DNA of 64,000 nt, taken from assembly GCA_043814605.1 (NCBI GenBank), contig JBDRJV010000028.1, forward strand, positions 7,790 to 71,789. The letters are read 5' to 3'. Shown here piece after piece: positions 9,972-20,600 of the stretch. How positions within the stretch are numbered: the first letter of the stretch is position 1; every line of letters begins with the position of its first letter. The stretch comes from Candidatus Omnitrophota bacterium (lineage in GTDB: Bacteria; Omnitrophota; Gorgyraeia; B26-G9). A program made the position numbers and the translations under genes. Under the pieces are notes generated by a model. It saw only the letters and a list, made by a program, of their open reading frames with translations. It had not been told where the DNA came from and did no database searches.

Positions 9972-10943
9972 TTATCCCTTTTTGTGAACTTGCCCGTCAT
10001 TACCTGTATCCGCTTCTTTTGTTTGTTCGATAAACTCACGTGTTGTCTGCATTAATTTTTCCGGGTCATTATCTCCCGGAATAAGTTTTGCATATTTTAC
10101 TAAATCGCAATGCATTAAATATTCTTTTAAAATTCCTATTTGTGTTGTATTTAAAATATTGGTTGTGGCCACAAATGCTAAAAATTCTTCTGTTGTCTGT
10201 TCCGGAGCTTTTAAAGCAAACCGGTTTTCCAAATAACTGCGCAAACAATTATTAACCTTGTAATAATATTCTTTGATTTTTCCTGCGGTAATTAAATGCA
10301 TTGCTTGGATCGCGGCTAATTGTTTTAAAGCCGTTACATGCGCCGGGTCAGGAGCAGTGATCTGGGGAGAGAGAAATTTATTTTTGTATTTGGCCCAAGC
10401 CAGGCCTGCCCCTATCGCAATTAAAATAATTAATATCAAAACCCCAATCCCGGCAAGCTGAGATTTAATGACCAGCGGAGATTTAATATCGCGCAATCCT
10501 TGATCGTCGCCTTCAGTAAGTACGCTCTTGACTTCCACAAAAATTTTTGCTGTTTTTAATATTTTTACTGTCCCGTCTGCAAATTTAACCCTGACCTCCT
10601 GCTCTGGGATTACATAAGCCCCTGTAGTATAAGTATCTAAAAGATACCATTGCTGGCGGCGTAATTTCTGGTCTCCAATTTTTTTGGGTTCATCCCGGCC
10701 AAAATCTTTTACCACAAAACCACCTAAATTATTACCCGCGTATGGGAATTCGACAACCAAAGACTCATCCGTATCTATTTCTATGGTAAACCTTATGGGT
10801 TCAGCTATTGTAACCGTTGCTTTATTTACAAAAGCCCGCAAATCGGCAAAAACTTTTTCCTCTGCTGTTTTTGCCAATATTATTTTAGCTGAGCAATAAA
10901 AAAAACAACTCACCACTAAAAAAATAATGATTTTTTTCTTCAT
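9972..10943 (-). CDS. BatD-like or DUF4381-like membrane protein (signal peptide, extracytoplasmic domain, TM, cytoplasmic helical tail)
   Basis: MKKKIIIFLVVSCFFYCSA signal, TM GIGVLILIILIAIGAGLAWA, then a tail (...KEYYYKVNNCLRSYLE...) resembling the C-terminus of the 655-aa BatD. Confidence 0.45.
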   Translation of the reverse strand: MKKKIIIFLVVSCFFYCSAKIILAKTAEEKVFADLRAFVNKATVTIAEPIRFTIEIDTDESLVVEFPYAGNNLGGFVVKDFGRDEPKKIGDQKLRRQQWYLLDTYTTGAYVIPEQEVRVKFADGTVKILKTAKIFVEVKSVLTEGDDQGLRDIKSPLVIKSQLAGIGVLILIILIAIGAGLAWAKYKNKFLSPQITAPDPAHVTALKQLAAIQAMHLITAGKIKEYYYKVNNCLRSYLENRFALKAPEQTTEEFLAFVATTNILNTTQIGILKEYLMHCDLVKYAKLIPGDNDPEKLMQTTREFIEQTKEADTGNDGQVHKKG

Positions 10944-12274
10944 TGTTTTTGATTGTTTCCCTTATCTTCATCCGGATCAGGAGTAACCGTATTAACAGAA
11001 TTATCTGCTTGAAATTTTTCCTCAAAAATTACTACTTTTTCTGCATTGAGAAGATTAGTTAATAAATCTTGCGTAATCTGTTCCGTTTTTTGCTGTGAAT
11101 ATTCTTGGATAACCTGGTTTTTAATTTCTTCTAATGGTTTGACTCTGGCTGCTTTTTTATCGGTTATTTGCACAATATGAAAACCTTTTTCGGATTGAAT
11201 AATATAAAATTTATTAGTTTCTTTTTTGGTAAATAAATCTTCTACAAATTCTGCTCCATATTCTGCACTTAACCCAAATTCTTGTTCGGATACCCAGCTG
11301 TTAATTTCTCCGCCATTTCCCCGGGTTGTTTCATCTAGGGATTGCTCTTTGGCTATTTTCGCAAAATCTTCTCCCTGGCTCAACTTTTTTTCAATATCCT
11401 GCGCTTGTTCTTGGGAATCAACCAGGATATGTTTTATTTTTAATTGCGCTGTTTCTGTATATCGGGCCTGATGCGCTTTATAATAATTTTCAATATCTGT
11501 ACTGTCCTGAGTGAGTTTATCTTGTACTTCTTTTTCCAGAACTTTTTGCACAATTAACTGTTTGGTCATCAGCTCTGCTGTTTCCCGGATTTGGGGATCA
11601 GTTCTTAAGCCTAATCTGACCCCTTTATCATAGAGTAATTCATTACAAACATATTGCTTAATAAATTCCAGTTTCGCTGCTTTATCCTTAGCGTATATAT
11701 TTTGCAAAGAAGCGGGAAGTTGTGCTAATTCTTTATTTATCTGCCCTAGGGTTATTTGTTTTTCTCCGATACGCGCAACTACTTCCTGTGCAGGTTTTTC
11801 TTCTTTTTGTTCGCCGGAAAGTAACGTTCTGGATTCAAGCTGATATTTTGCATCAAGGGTACGGTTTAAATGTTCCAAACATTGGACAATATAATTTCCC
11901 AGTTCTTTTTGTAATTCTGTTTGCGAATTTGCAATTTCTGACTTATAAAAATAAGCTAACGCCTGTGCATACGCTTTTTCCTGGTAAAGCATCTCTCCCA
12001 GAGAATAATAAATATTTGAGCGTATGGAAGCAGAAATTTTTCCCGAGTTTAAATATTCTTCAAAAGCGGTTATGGCTTGCTGAGTTAGGCCTTCGGCTTT
12101 AAGTTTGTTTGCATATTGGCGTTGCTTTTCTGAGTCCCAAGATAAATTTTTTGTTTTTTGCCCAAGCAGCTGTTGGTTTTGCCAAAGCATCGTAATAATT
12201 ATAATTAATAAAATAACCAGTAAATAAAAAAACCCTTCCTGCCGCGGTTTTGTTTTATTTATATTGTTAAGCAT
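10940..12274 (-). CDS. Membrane-anchored parvulin-type peptidyl-prolyl isomerase (PpiD/SurA/PrsA-like)
   Basis: N-terminal TM, TPR-like region, SurA-N-like helical region and a PPIC-type rotamase block (KIKHILVDSQEQAQDIEKKLSQGEDFAKIAKEQS.D..T...GGEI ... GFHIVQI). Confidence 0.6.
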   Translation of the reverse strand: MLNNINKTKPRQEGFFYLLVILLIIIITMLWQNQQLLGQKTKNLSWDSEKQRQYANKLKAEGLTQQAITAFEEYLNSGKISASIRSNIYYSLGEMLYQEKAYAQALAYFYKSEIANSQTELQKELGNYIVQCLEHLNRTLDAKYQLESRTLLSGEQKEEKPAQEVVARIGEKQITLGQINKELAQLPASLQNIYAKDKAAKLEFIKQYVCNELLYDKGVRLGLRTDPQIRETAELMTKQLIVQKVLEKEVQDKLTQDSTDIENYYKAHQARYTETAQLKIKHILVDSQEQAQDIEKKLSQGEDFAKIAKEQSLDETTRGNGGEINSWVSEQEFGLSAEYGAEFVEDLFTKKETNKFYIIQSEKGFHIVQITDKKAARVKPLEEIKNQVIQEYSQQKTEQITQDLLTNLLNAEKVVIFEEKFQADNSVNTVTPDPDEDKGNNQKQ

Positions 12275-12310
12275 TGTTCCCTCCGATTATATTCGATTAT
12301 ATTGTTCTCA

Positions 12311-13186
12311 TTATCTTCTTTTTTCGCGGGTTCTAAAAAACCGCATCAATGGATCTAAATACGGCCGGCCGTTTTCAACGTTAATAACATCAACATCTAT
12401 CTGCCGGAAAAATTTATCTCTTTGCGCTGTATCCTGGGCAGAAAGAACAGAAAATCCTTTGCGCAGATTTGTGTCTGCAGTATCTACCAGGATTCTTTCC
12501 TCTGTTTCCGGGTCTTCCAATTCTATGATGCCGACATCGGGTAAAACTTTTTCCCGGGGGTCAGAAACCGCAATGGTAATAATATCGTGTCTTTTATTGG
12601 CAATTTGTAACGCTCTTTGGTAATCCGAAGCAATAAAATCCGAAACTAAAAACGCAACCGAGCGTCTTTTATTAATCTGGCTTAAAAATTCTAATGCTTT
12701 ATTAATATCTGTTTTTTTCTGCTGTGGCCTAAACGATAAAACTTCACTGATTACATGCAATACATGGCGTTTGCCTTTTTTCGGCGGGATATATTTTTCT
12801 ACCTGATCTGTAAACATAACTAACCCTACTTTATCATTATTTTTAATTGCGGAAAAAGCTAAAACCGCGCATAATTCTGCGGAAAATTCATTCTTTAATT
12901 GATTTTTTGAACCAAACTTGCCGGATGCACTCACATCTACCATAAGCATCACAGTCAGCTCGCGTTCTTCGACAAATTTTTTAATAAAGGGGTGCCCCAT
13001 ACGGGCAGTAACATTCCAGTCAATAGAGCGGATCTCGTCTCCGGGCTGGTATTCCCGAACGCTCTCAAACTCAATGCCCTGGCCTTTAAAAGTGCTGTGG
13101 TAAGCGCCGGCAAGAATATCATTGACCAAGCGTGATGAATAAATCTGGATATGCCGGATTTTTTTTAACAATTCCTTAGGAATCAC
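12311..13186 (-). CDS. DUF58 protein (MoxR partner, vWA-like)
   Basis: YRQGDDIRSIDW-like motif (YQPGDEIRSIDWNVTAR), typical of DUF58, and a position directly downstream of MoxR. Confidence 0.7.
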   Translation of the reverse strand: MIPKELLKKIRHIQIYSSRLVNDILAGAYHSTFKGQGIEFESVREYQPGDEIRSIDWNVTARMGHPFIKKFVEERELTVMLMVDVSASGKFGSKNQLKNEFSAELCAVLAFSAIKNNDKVGLVMFTDQVEKYIPPKKGKRHVLHVISEVLSFRPQQKKTDINKALEFLSQINKRRSVAFLVSDFIASDYQRALQIANKRHDIITIAVSDPREKVLPDVGIIELEDPETEERILVDTADTNLRKGFSVLSAQDTAQRDKFFRQIDVDVINVENGRPYLDPLMRFFRTREKRR

Positions 13187-13199
13187 TTTCTTTATCCTT

Positions 13200-13384
13200 T
13201 AAAATGCTGCAAGCTACAAGCCACAGGCTTCAGGGTAAAAGCCAAAACAAGTATTAAATTTTGCTTTTTTCTTTTAGTACTACTTATCACTTGTTACTTG
13301 TCACTTGTTACTTGTCACTTGTTGCTTGTTACCTGTTACTTGTCACTTGTTGCTTGTTACCTGCTCCCTGCTACCTGTAACCTG
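13200..13384. repeat. Heptanucleotide-periodic tandem repeat (minus-strand reading GTAACAA/GTGACAA, ~15 units) in the moxR-DUF58 intergenic spacer
   Basis: Read directly: ...CACTTGTTACTTGTCACTTGTTACTTGTCACTTGTTGCTTGTTACCTGTTACTTGTCACTTGTTGCTTGTTACCTG... with a strict 7-nt period. Confidence 0.8.
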
Positions 13385-14380
13385 TTAAGGTACAATCACT
13401 GTATCAAAAATTTTGTTAATAATATCTTCTGAGCTAACTTCGTCAGCCTCTGCTTCATAAGTAACAATAATCCGGTGCCGCAATACATCCTGGCCAATGC
13501 TTTTGATATCCTGCGGGGTAACATAACCGCGGCCCTGTAAAAAAGCATAGGCACGGGCCGCAAGCGTTAAATTAATTGTGGCCCGAGGAGACGCTCCGTA
13601 TTCGATATAGTTTTTAATATCCAGCTTATACACCTTAGGCTCGCGTGTCGCCATAACTAAATCCACAATGTAAGCTTGTAATTTTTCATCTACATAAATT
13701 TTATCCACAAGCTCTCTGGCTTTAGTGATTTGTTCCGGCTGAACAATAGCTTCAATTTTTATAAATTTATTGACTTTAGCCATGCGTTTTAAAATTTCCT
13801 GTTCCTCTTTTTTGTTCGGATAGTCAATTTTTAATTTAAGCATAAATCTATCCACCTGTGCCTCGGGCAATGGATAAGTACCCTCTTGTTCAATCGGGTT
13901 TTGCGTAGCTAAAACCAGAAAAGGGGTAGGAAGAGGAAAAGTTTCATCGGCAATGGTAACTTGTCTTTCCTGCATAGCTTCCAGCAAAGCACTTTGCACT
14001 TTAGCCGGCGCGCGGTTAATTTCATCCGCTAAAATAATATTGGCAAAAATCGGGCCTTTTTTTGTAGAAAATTTTAAATCCTTAGGGTTATATATTTGCG
14101 TCCCGATGAGATCCGCAGGCAAAAGATCCGGAGTAAACTGTACACGCTTAAACGAAGCTTTAATTGCCTGGGCCAAAGTTGATACGCTTAAAGTTTTTGC
14201 CAGCCCCGGGACTCCCTCCAGTAAAACATGCCCGTCCGCTAAGAGCCCGACCAGAAGCCTTTCTACTAAATATTCCTGGCCGACAATTTGCCGGTGAATT
14301 TGTTCTCTTAAATCTTTAACAAAAGCAGATTCTGTTTTTACCTGTTCGTTTAATTGCTGGATATCTTCATGCCTCATGGC
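13385..14380 (-). CDS. moxR: MoxR-family AAA+ ATPase
   Basis: Walker A GVPGLAKT and Walker B LADEINRA, with the conserved MoxR C-terminus. GGAGG sits 7 nt upstream of the ATG at 14380 (start MRHEDIQ). Confidence 0.8.
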   Translation of the reverse strand, partial: AMRHEDIQQLNEQVKTESAFVKDLREQIHRQIVGQEYLVERLLVGLLADGHVLLEGVPGLAKTLSVSTLAQAIKASFKRVQFTPDLLPADLIGTQIYNPKDLKFSTKKGPIFANIILADEINRAPAKVQSALLEAMQERQVTIADETFPLPTPFLVLATQNPIEQEGTYPLPEAQVDRFMLKLKIDYPNKKEEQEILKRMAKVNKFIKIEAIVQPEQITKARELVDKIYVDEKLQAYIVDLVMATREPKVYKLDIKNYIEYGASPRATINLTLAARAYAFLQGRGYVTPQDIKSIGQDVLRHRIIVTYEAEADEVSSEDIINKIFDTVIVP

Positions 14381-14396
14381 TACGCCTCCTTTTTTA

Positions 14397-15320
14397 TTAT
14401 TCTTTAGGTTCAATTGTATCAATTTTTTCAATACTTGCGGATTTAATCAGATTTTGAAAATATAATTTTAAATTTCTAAAAACTTTTTCCTGTTCACTTT
14501 TTAGCGGAGCATATCCGGAAAACTTTACTTTTTCTGTTGTTTGGTTTAAATCACTAAAAATATCTATTACTTCCTGCGGTGCTTTTGCTTTAGATAAAGA
14601 CTGTATATTTAAAGAAAAACATTGATATTTTTTCTGTAAATATTCTGCTAAGGCCTGTTTAAGCACCTCATAATACTCCCCCATTTGAGCTTCAAGAATA
14701 TGTTTTTGCGCTGCCTCTAGTTTTTCAAGAAAAATTTTTTCTAGCTCTATCTCCAAAGCCGGGGTGCTGTATACTTGTTTTTGTTTAAAAATTGCTTTCC
14801 TAAACTTAATCAAAATTATTCCCGCGGCAATGATTAGTCCCCAAAAAATATTTTTTAATATTCTTGGCCCCCACCGCTGCCAGAAAGGCAGAACTTTAAT
14901 ATTTATTGTTTTTGATTTGATTATCTCTATATCTTCGGGGTTATTTTTGTTTGCATATTCTATGATTAAGGCGGAAATTTCTCCTGCCCCTGTTTCTTTT
15001 GCGCTAAAATCATAGGCAAAAGTTCTCTGCGTAATAATTTTATCCTTTTTTAGCTGAGTGGATGTTGATTGCCGGCAATCAATCATTTGCAACAAACTAC
15101 AGGCAGGAGGTGTAATTTGCCTGATTTCCCGTTCGGCGATTTCATTTGTTTCTGTTTGCGTTTGCTCGACAATAGCAATAACTTTAATTTTTTCTCCTGG
15201 CCCTATTGCTGTTTTATTACATTGGATGCCGATTGTTGCCGCAGCAAAAACTGCACTGGCTAAACTTAAATAAAGGATCCCGCTTAAAAATATTTTTATG
15301 CATACGCTTTTTACATGCAT
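14397..15320 (-). CDS. BatD-like single-pass membrane protein (first gene of the bat cluster)
   Basis: GAGGAG lies 6 nt upstream of the ATG at 15320 (MHVKSV...). Signal peptide, TM FWGLIIAAGIILI and a helical tail (YYEVLKQALAEYLQKKY) like the BatD C-termini. Confidence 0.45.
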   Translation of the reverse strand: MHVKSVCIKIFLSGILYLSLASAVFAAATIGIQCNKTAIGPGEKIKVIAIVEQTQTETNEIAEREIRQITPPACSLLQMIDCRQSTSTQLKKDKIITQRTFAYDFSAKETGAGEISALIIEYANKNNPEDIEIIKSKTINIKVLPFWQRWGPRILKNIFWGLIIAAGIILIKFRKAIFKQKQVYSTPALEIELEKIFLEKLEAAQKHILEAQMGEYYEVLKQALAEYLQKKYQCFSLNIQSLSKAKAPQEVIDIFSDLNQTTEKVKFSGYAPLKSEQEKVFRNLKLYFQNLIKSASIEKIDTIEPKE

Positions 15321-15482
15321 AATTTTCTCCTCTTTCAAACATTACTATATCATATGGGACATTAAGCGAAGATTAAAATTACATTAAGATTTCTTAATGT
15401 TTAATAGCATATAGCGACTAGCGCCCTTGCGGGCACAGGCGTTTAGCGGAAAGTGAATACAGAAAAAAACAATTGGATTTTT

Positions 15483-16931
15483 TTAAGATTCTGCTTTAGG
15501 TAAGATTATTTTAAAATTACTGCCTGCATTGGGCTGGCTGCTTAAACTGATTTGCCCTTTGTGCGCCTGGACAATCATTTGGGCAATGCTTAACCCTAAC
15601 CCCACGCCGCCTTCATCGCGGGAACGGGATTTATCAACCCGGTAAAAACGTTCAAATATTTTATTTTGTTCCGCGGGAGCAATCCCGATGCCAGTATCAA
15701 TAATCTCTACTGTGATTGCCCCCGGGGCTGGCTGGAGTTTAATGGTGATATTCCCTTGTGCCGGAGTATATTTTACAGCGTTCTCAATCAAATTAGAAAA
15801 AAGCTCCTCTATTTTTAATTTATCCGCATTTAAATAAAAATCATTACCCGCAGTTTGTAAGTTTAATCCAATATTCTTATGCTCGGCTAAAGCGCGATAA
15901 AAATCAGTTAACTGTTCCAGTAATTCTTGTAAATCAATTTTTTCATATTTTAATTTATCCTCTCCGCTATCCGCCCGGGTGAGAATAAGCAAGCGGTTAA
16001 TCATACGCATTAAGCGATCCATATCTTCAATAATACTTTCTAAAACCTTCCGGTATTCGGCAACATCTCTTTCTCTTTCTAAAACAATTTCTGCCTGCCC
16101 CTTAATTGCGGTAATCGGCAACCGTAATTCATGTGAGGCATCAGCCGTAAACGCGACAATTCTTTGATACGATTGCTGCAGCTTGGTAAAAACAAAATTA
16201 AACGTGCCCGCCAAGCGGTCCAATTCATCGCCTGAACCTCTCAGCGGTAATTTTTTAGAATTATCCTGTACGGATAATTCCTGTGCAGATTTAGTCAGCA
16301 AATTTATCGGCGCAAGCACCCGGGAAGTTAAAATAAAACCGCCGGTTAACACAACCGCTAAGACAACCGGCAGGGCAAAAAATATTGTTTTGCGGAAAAT
16401 TTTTGCAATACGTTCTTGGCCTAAATCATCTAAAGCAAATTGCAGATAATAAATCTCTTCGCTGACTTTTATTTTTTTGGTCAGAATAAAGATTTTTTTC
16501 CCTTGTTCTGTTATAAAAATTTTCTCCTGCGTTTTGGTAAACAAAATTTCTTTTAAATTTTTAAAAAAACTTAAATCTTCTAAAAACCCCTCTGAGCGTG
16601 CCAGCAATAACCCTTGTGCATCAAAAAGCGCATATTTGATATCCAGAACCCCTTTTTGCGCGGATAGTTGTTGTGAGATAAACTTTGCCAATAATTCCTG
16701 GGTGTAATTAGACTGGTTGATAATATGCGCCAGCTCTTCTATTTCTAAATATAGATTCTGTTTAGCCGCATCGCTTAAAACACGCTGTGTTTGCAGATAC
16801 AAAAACCCAGTAACAAGTAAAATACTGCATAATAAAACTCCGGCATAGCCTAAAACCAACCGGGTTTTAATGCTTCGAAAAATATTTTGTTTTATTTTAT
16901 TTTTTAAATTATTGTCTTTGCCCGAGAACAT
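15483..16931 (-). CDS. Sensor histidine kinase, CusS/CopS-like
   Basis: Two TMs, HAMP, an H-box (SHELRLPITAIKG) and HATPase N/G boxes (NLIENAVKYT, DTGIGI, GGVGLGLSIA). Confidence 0.75.
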   Translation of the reverse strand: MFSGKDNNLKNKIKQNIFRSIKTRLVLGYAGVLLCSILLVTGFLYLQTQRVLSDAAKQNLYLEIEELAHIINQSNYTQELLAKFISQQLSAQKGVLDIKYALFDAQGLLLARSEGFLEDLSFFKNLKEILFTKTQEKIFITEQGKKIFILTKKIKVSEEIYYLQFALDDLGQERIAKIFRKTIFFALPVVLAVVLTGGFILTSRVLAPINLLTKSAQELSVQDNSKKLPLRGSGDELDRLAGTFNFVFTKLQQSYQRIVAFTADASHELRLPITAIKGQAEIVLERERDVAEYRKVLESIIEDMDRLMRMINRLLILTRADSGEDKLKYEKIDLQELLEQLTDFYRALAEHKNIGLNLQTAGNDFYLNADKLKIEELFSNLIENAVKYTPAQGNITIKLQPAPGAITVEIIDTGIGIAPAEQNKIFERFYRVDKSRSRDEGGVGLGLSIAQMIVQAHKGQISLSSQPNAGSNFKIILPKAES

Positions 16932-17583
16932 AGCCTACGCCTCGCAAGGTATGAATTAAGCGGTTTTGATTTTTCTGATCAATTTTTTTCCGCAAATTTG
17001 TGATGTGTACATCAATAACATTAGTCATGGAATCAAAATGATACCCCCAGACATTTTCCGAAAGCATGGTTCGGGTGATGACTTCACCTTTATGTTCCAG
17101 CAAATATTGCAGCAATATAAATTCTTTGGGGGTTAAATCGATATTTTCACCGGCACGTTTAACAATACGCCGCGCAACATCTAAGGTCAAATCTTCATAT
17201 TGTAATACTGTGCCTGTTTGTTCTTTGCCGCGACGCAGGAGGGCTCGGACGCGTGCTAAAAGCTCAGAAAAAGCAAACGGCTTGACCAGATAATCATCCG
17301 CACCCAGCTCTAAACCTTGTACTTTATCTTCCACGGTGTCTTTGGCTGTAAGAAAAATAACCGGGGTCAGAATGTTTTTTGCTTTTAACTGTTTAATGAT
17401 TTCATAACCGTCTAAGGCCGGGAGCATAACATCTAAAATAATACAATCATACTTTTCTCCGGCAGCTAAAAAAAACCCTTCCCGGCCATCTCGGGCAATA
17501 TCCACGCAGAACCCGTGCTCTTTAAATCCCTTTTGGATAAAACTCAAAACTTTTTCTTCGTCTTCAACAACTAAAACCTTCAT
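16909..17583 (-). CDS. OmpR-family response regulator, CusR/CopR-like
   Basis: A receiver domain, then GLELGADDYLVKPFAFSELLARVRALLRRG, which nearly matches the CusR block as I recall it, and a winged-helix C-terminus. Confidence 0.75.
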   Translation of the reverse strand: MKVLVVEDEEKVLSFIQKGFKEHGFCVDIARDGREGFFLAAGEKYDCIILDVMLPALDGYEIIKQLKAKNILTPVIFLTAKDTVEDKVQGLELGADDYLVKPFAFSELLARVRALLRRGKEQTGTVLQYEDLTLDVARRIVKRAGENIDLTPKEFILLQYLLEHKGEVITRTMLSENVWGYHFDSMTNVIDVHITNLRKKIDQKNQNRLIHTLRGVGYVLGQRQ

Positions 17584-17603
17584 TTGATTTCTATATAATT
17601 ATT

Positions 17604-20600
17604 TTATTGTTTTTCGTAAAGATTAATATTCCCATCACATGATAACTTACACACTGTAGGATGCGACGTAATCTTTGTTGCGATATCATCAATTATTGCA
17701 TAAAAACAAGGCATAACAATTAAAGTCAACCCTGTAGCAAAAGCCAGTCCCCAGGCAATGGATAAAGCCATGGGTTGTAAAAACGGGTCAAAACCGCCAA
17801 TCCCATATGCTACTGTGCTTAACCCGGCTACTGTCGTAAGTGTCGTCAACATAACCGGGCGAAAACGTATCACGCCTGCCTGTATTATGGAATCCCGTCG
17901 CGATAGGCCTTCTTGCCGCAGTTTATTTATAAAATCAACCAGCACAATAGAATCATTTACAACAACGCCTGCGAGCCCGACAATACCGATAAATGCAAGC
18001 AAACTTAGCGAAAGGCCATGAAGCAGTAAAGCAATGCTTACCCCGATAAGTGCAAACGGGATGGTCATCATTACAATAAAAGGCTGTACCAAAGAATTGA
18101 ACAATGTCGCCAAAATCATAAAAATACACAGTACTGCTATAACAAAAGCGATCATCAAACTTCGAAAAGCCTCCTGGTTTTCCTTTTCCTCTCCTCCAAT
18201 ACGGATAGTATATCCAGGATATTGTGCTGCAATCTCTTTAAAATATTTCAGTACTTTGGGAATAAGATCTTTGGTCTTGATTTTTTTCTGATCAACAGTT
18301 GCCCCCAGCTGCAGATACCGCTTTCCATCAAGATGGGTAATAGAGCGCAGTCCTTGGTTGATTTCTATGCGCGCAATAACACTTAAGGGGATAAGATTCC
18401 CTTTGTCATTAGGGATAAGCAGTTTGTCAAATATTTTTTTGCTTGTACGTGCATCATCCGGTATGCGTACCCGTACATTTATCTCTTCTTCAGCTTTTGT
18501 CTTCTTTATAGATGTGGCGATCCCGCCTTCAAAAGCATTCCGTACAGACAAAGCAATTTGCTCTATCCCCAGATCGGCTTTAGCAGCTTTTTCCTTATCA
18601 ATTACAACTCGAAATTCACGATTGCCGATGTCGTAGGAATCGGATACATCCGCAACCCCTTCAAATCCAAGCATATAATCTTTAAGCTCATTAGATAGTT
18701 GTTTCAGCACGTTAAAATCATCTCCTCTAATATTAAATTCAATGTCGCGTCCCACTGGAGGGCCTTGTTTAAATTCATAAAAATAAATCTTATCAAAGCC
18801 TTTTATCTTTTGCAGCTTTGGCCGTAAATCAGCGATAATCTGTTTAGGCCCTTTATCCCGCTCTTGCATTGGGGTCAAAAACACATGTATCTGAGCGACA
18901 TTAGAGCCAGATTTTGCCGTAGGATCGCCCATCCCTCTGCCAGCTTCAATTGAGCCAATTGTCGTAACAAATGTATTCAGATATTCTTTAGGCATAGACT
19001 TGATCAACTCTTCAACTGGTACCATTAATTCATTAGTTTTTTCCAAAGGAGTTCCTGCTGCTGCTTCTGCCCTAACCGCAAATTCTTCTATGCCTTGTGA
19101 GCTGAACATGGTCTGCGGCAAGACTTTTATCATAATAAAAAGACAAACAGCTAAAACAATAGTTATAACCACAGTTATGCGATAGCGGTATGTTAATGCT
19201 TTTTCAAGCATTATCTTATATTTGTTTATCGCGTATTGAAGTATGGGGTATTTTTTTAATAGTGTTGACCCTGTCCCGACCAAGGCAATAAGCAACATTG
19301 CTCCCAGAGGATTATTCTTTGTCATCAATGATACAATGCCGCCAATTATAGAAAATATGCCGGTCATAACAATAAGTGCTTTAGCATCCTGTTCATCCTG
19401 TTTTTTGTCCAAGCCATTGTTTTTTTTCGACTTTAAAAAATCCGCAAGGTGTGAAGGCAGGATGATAAACGCTTCGATCATGGAAGCTGACAAAGCCACA
19501 ATAACCATAAGAGGAATATATCTTAAAAATTTTCCAACCATACCTGCCATATACATAAGCGGGAAAAAAGCCGCAATCGTAGTAATAATTGTTGCTGCCA
19601 CAGGAGCAATTACTTCTTCTGTCCCTTTTATAGCCGCCTCACGCGGGTTTAACCCTTTCTCTATATAGCGGTACACGTTTTCTGAGATAATAATCCCATC
19701 ATCAACAATCATTCCTAAAACAATAATAAGCCCGAACATGGTCAAAAGATTAATGGTAATACCCATGACATGCATCAAGCCTAATGTTGCGGCCATAGCA
19801 ATGGGAATGCCTAGTGCTGTAAACAATGCCGGACGAGCATGTAAAAATGCGAAGAGAATAAGCACAACAAAAATAAATCCGATTACGCCGTTTGAACGCA
19901 GCACATTAAGACGTCTTTTAACATAATATGATAAATCATCGTAGGGTTTTACATAAAGATCTTTGGGCGCGCTGCGTTTGAATTCATCAATCACCTTATA
20001 CGCTGCATCTGCCACATCAATCGCATCTCCTTTTTCTTTTTTGGAAACCTGTAGCGTTATTGCCCTTTCGCCATAACTTTTATTAATTACAGTTTCTTCT
20101 TCAAATGTATGACGTACTAGAGCCAAATCCTTGATTTTAAGCCAATTGCCTATATCATTCGCGCGGATAATAACATCCTCTATTTCTTCTTTTGTTGCAA
20201 ATTCTCCGGTTGTTTTAATATTAAATTCTTCTTGGTCGGTTTTTAGTTTCCCCCCCGGAACAGTGATATTACGTTTATTTAAAGCAGATATGATTTCCTC
20301 TAAAGAAACATGCATCAGATGCATTTTTTCAAGATCCGGCTCTACCCAGAATTCCTGGTCGCGGTAGCCAGTGCGTGTAACTTTGGCTACTCCTTTTATC
20401 TCTTCAAGCTGTTCTTTTAAAATATCTACCTGTTCCTGTAATATAAATTCGTCCACTTTACCGCCAACAGCGATATTAATTACCGGGAAGATTTTGCTGT
20501 TTATCTCAAGCACAACAGGACGGTCTTCAACCCCGCGGGGCAGATCAATCACACGATCTACTGCTTTCTGTACATCATTTATAATTTTGCGTCTTTCTGT

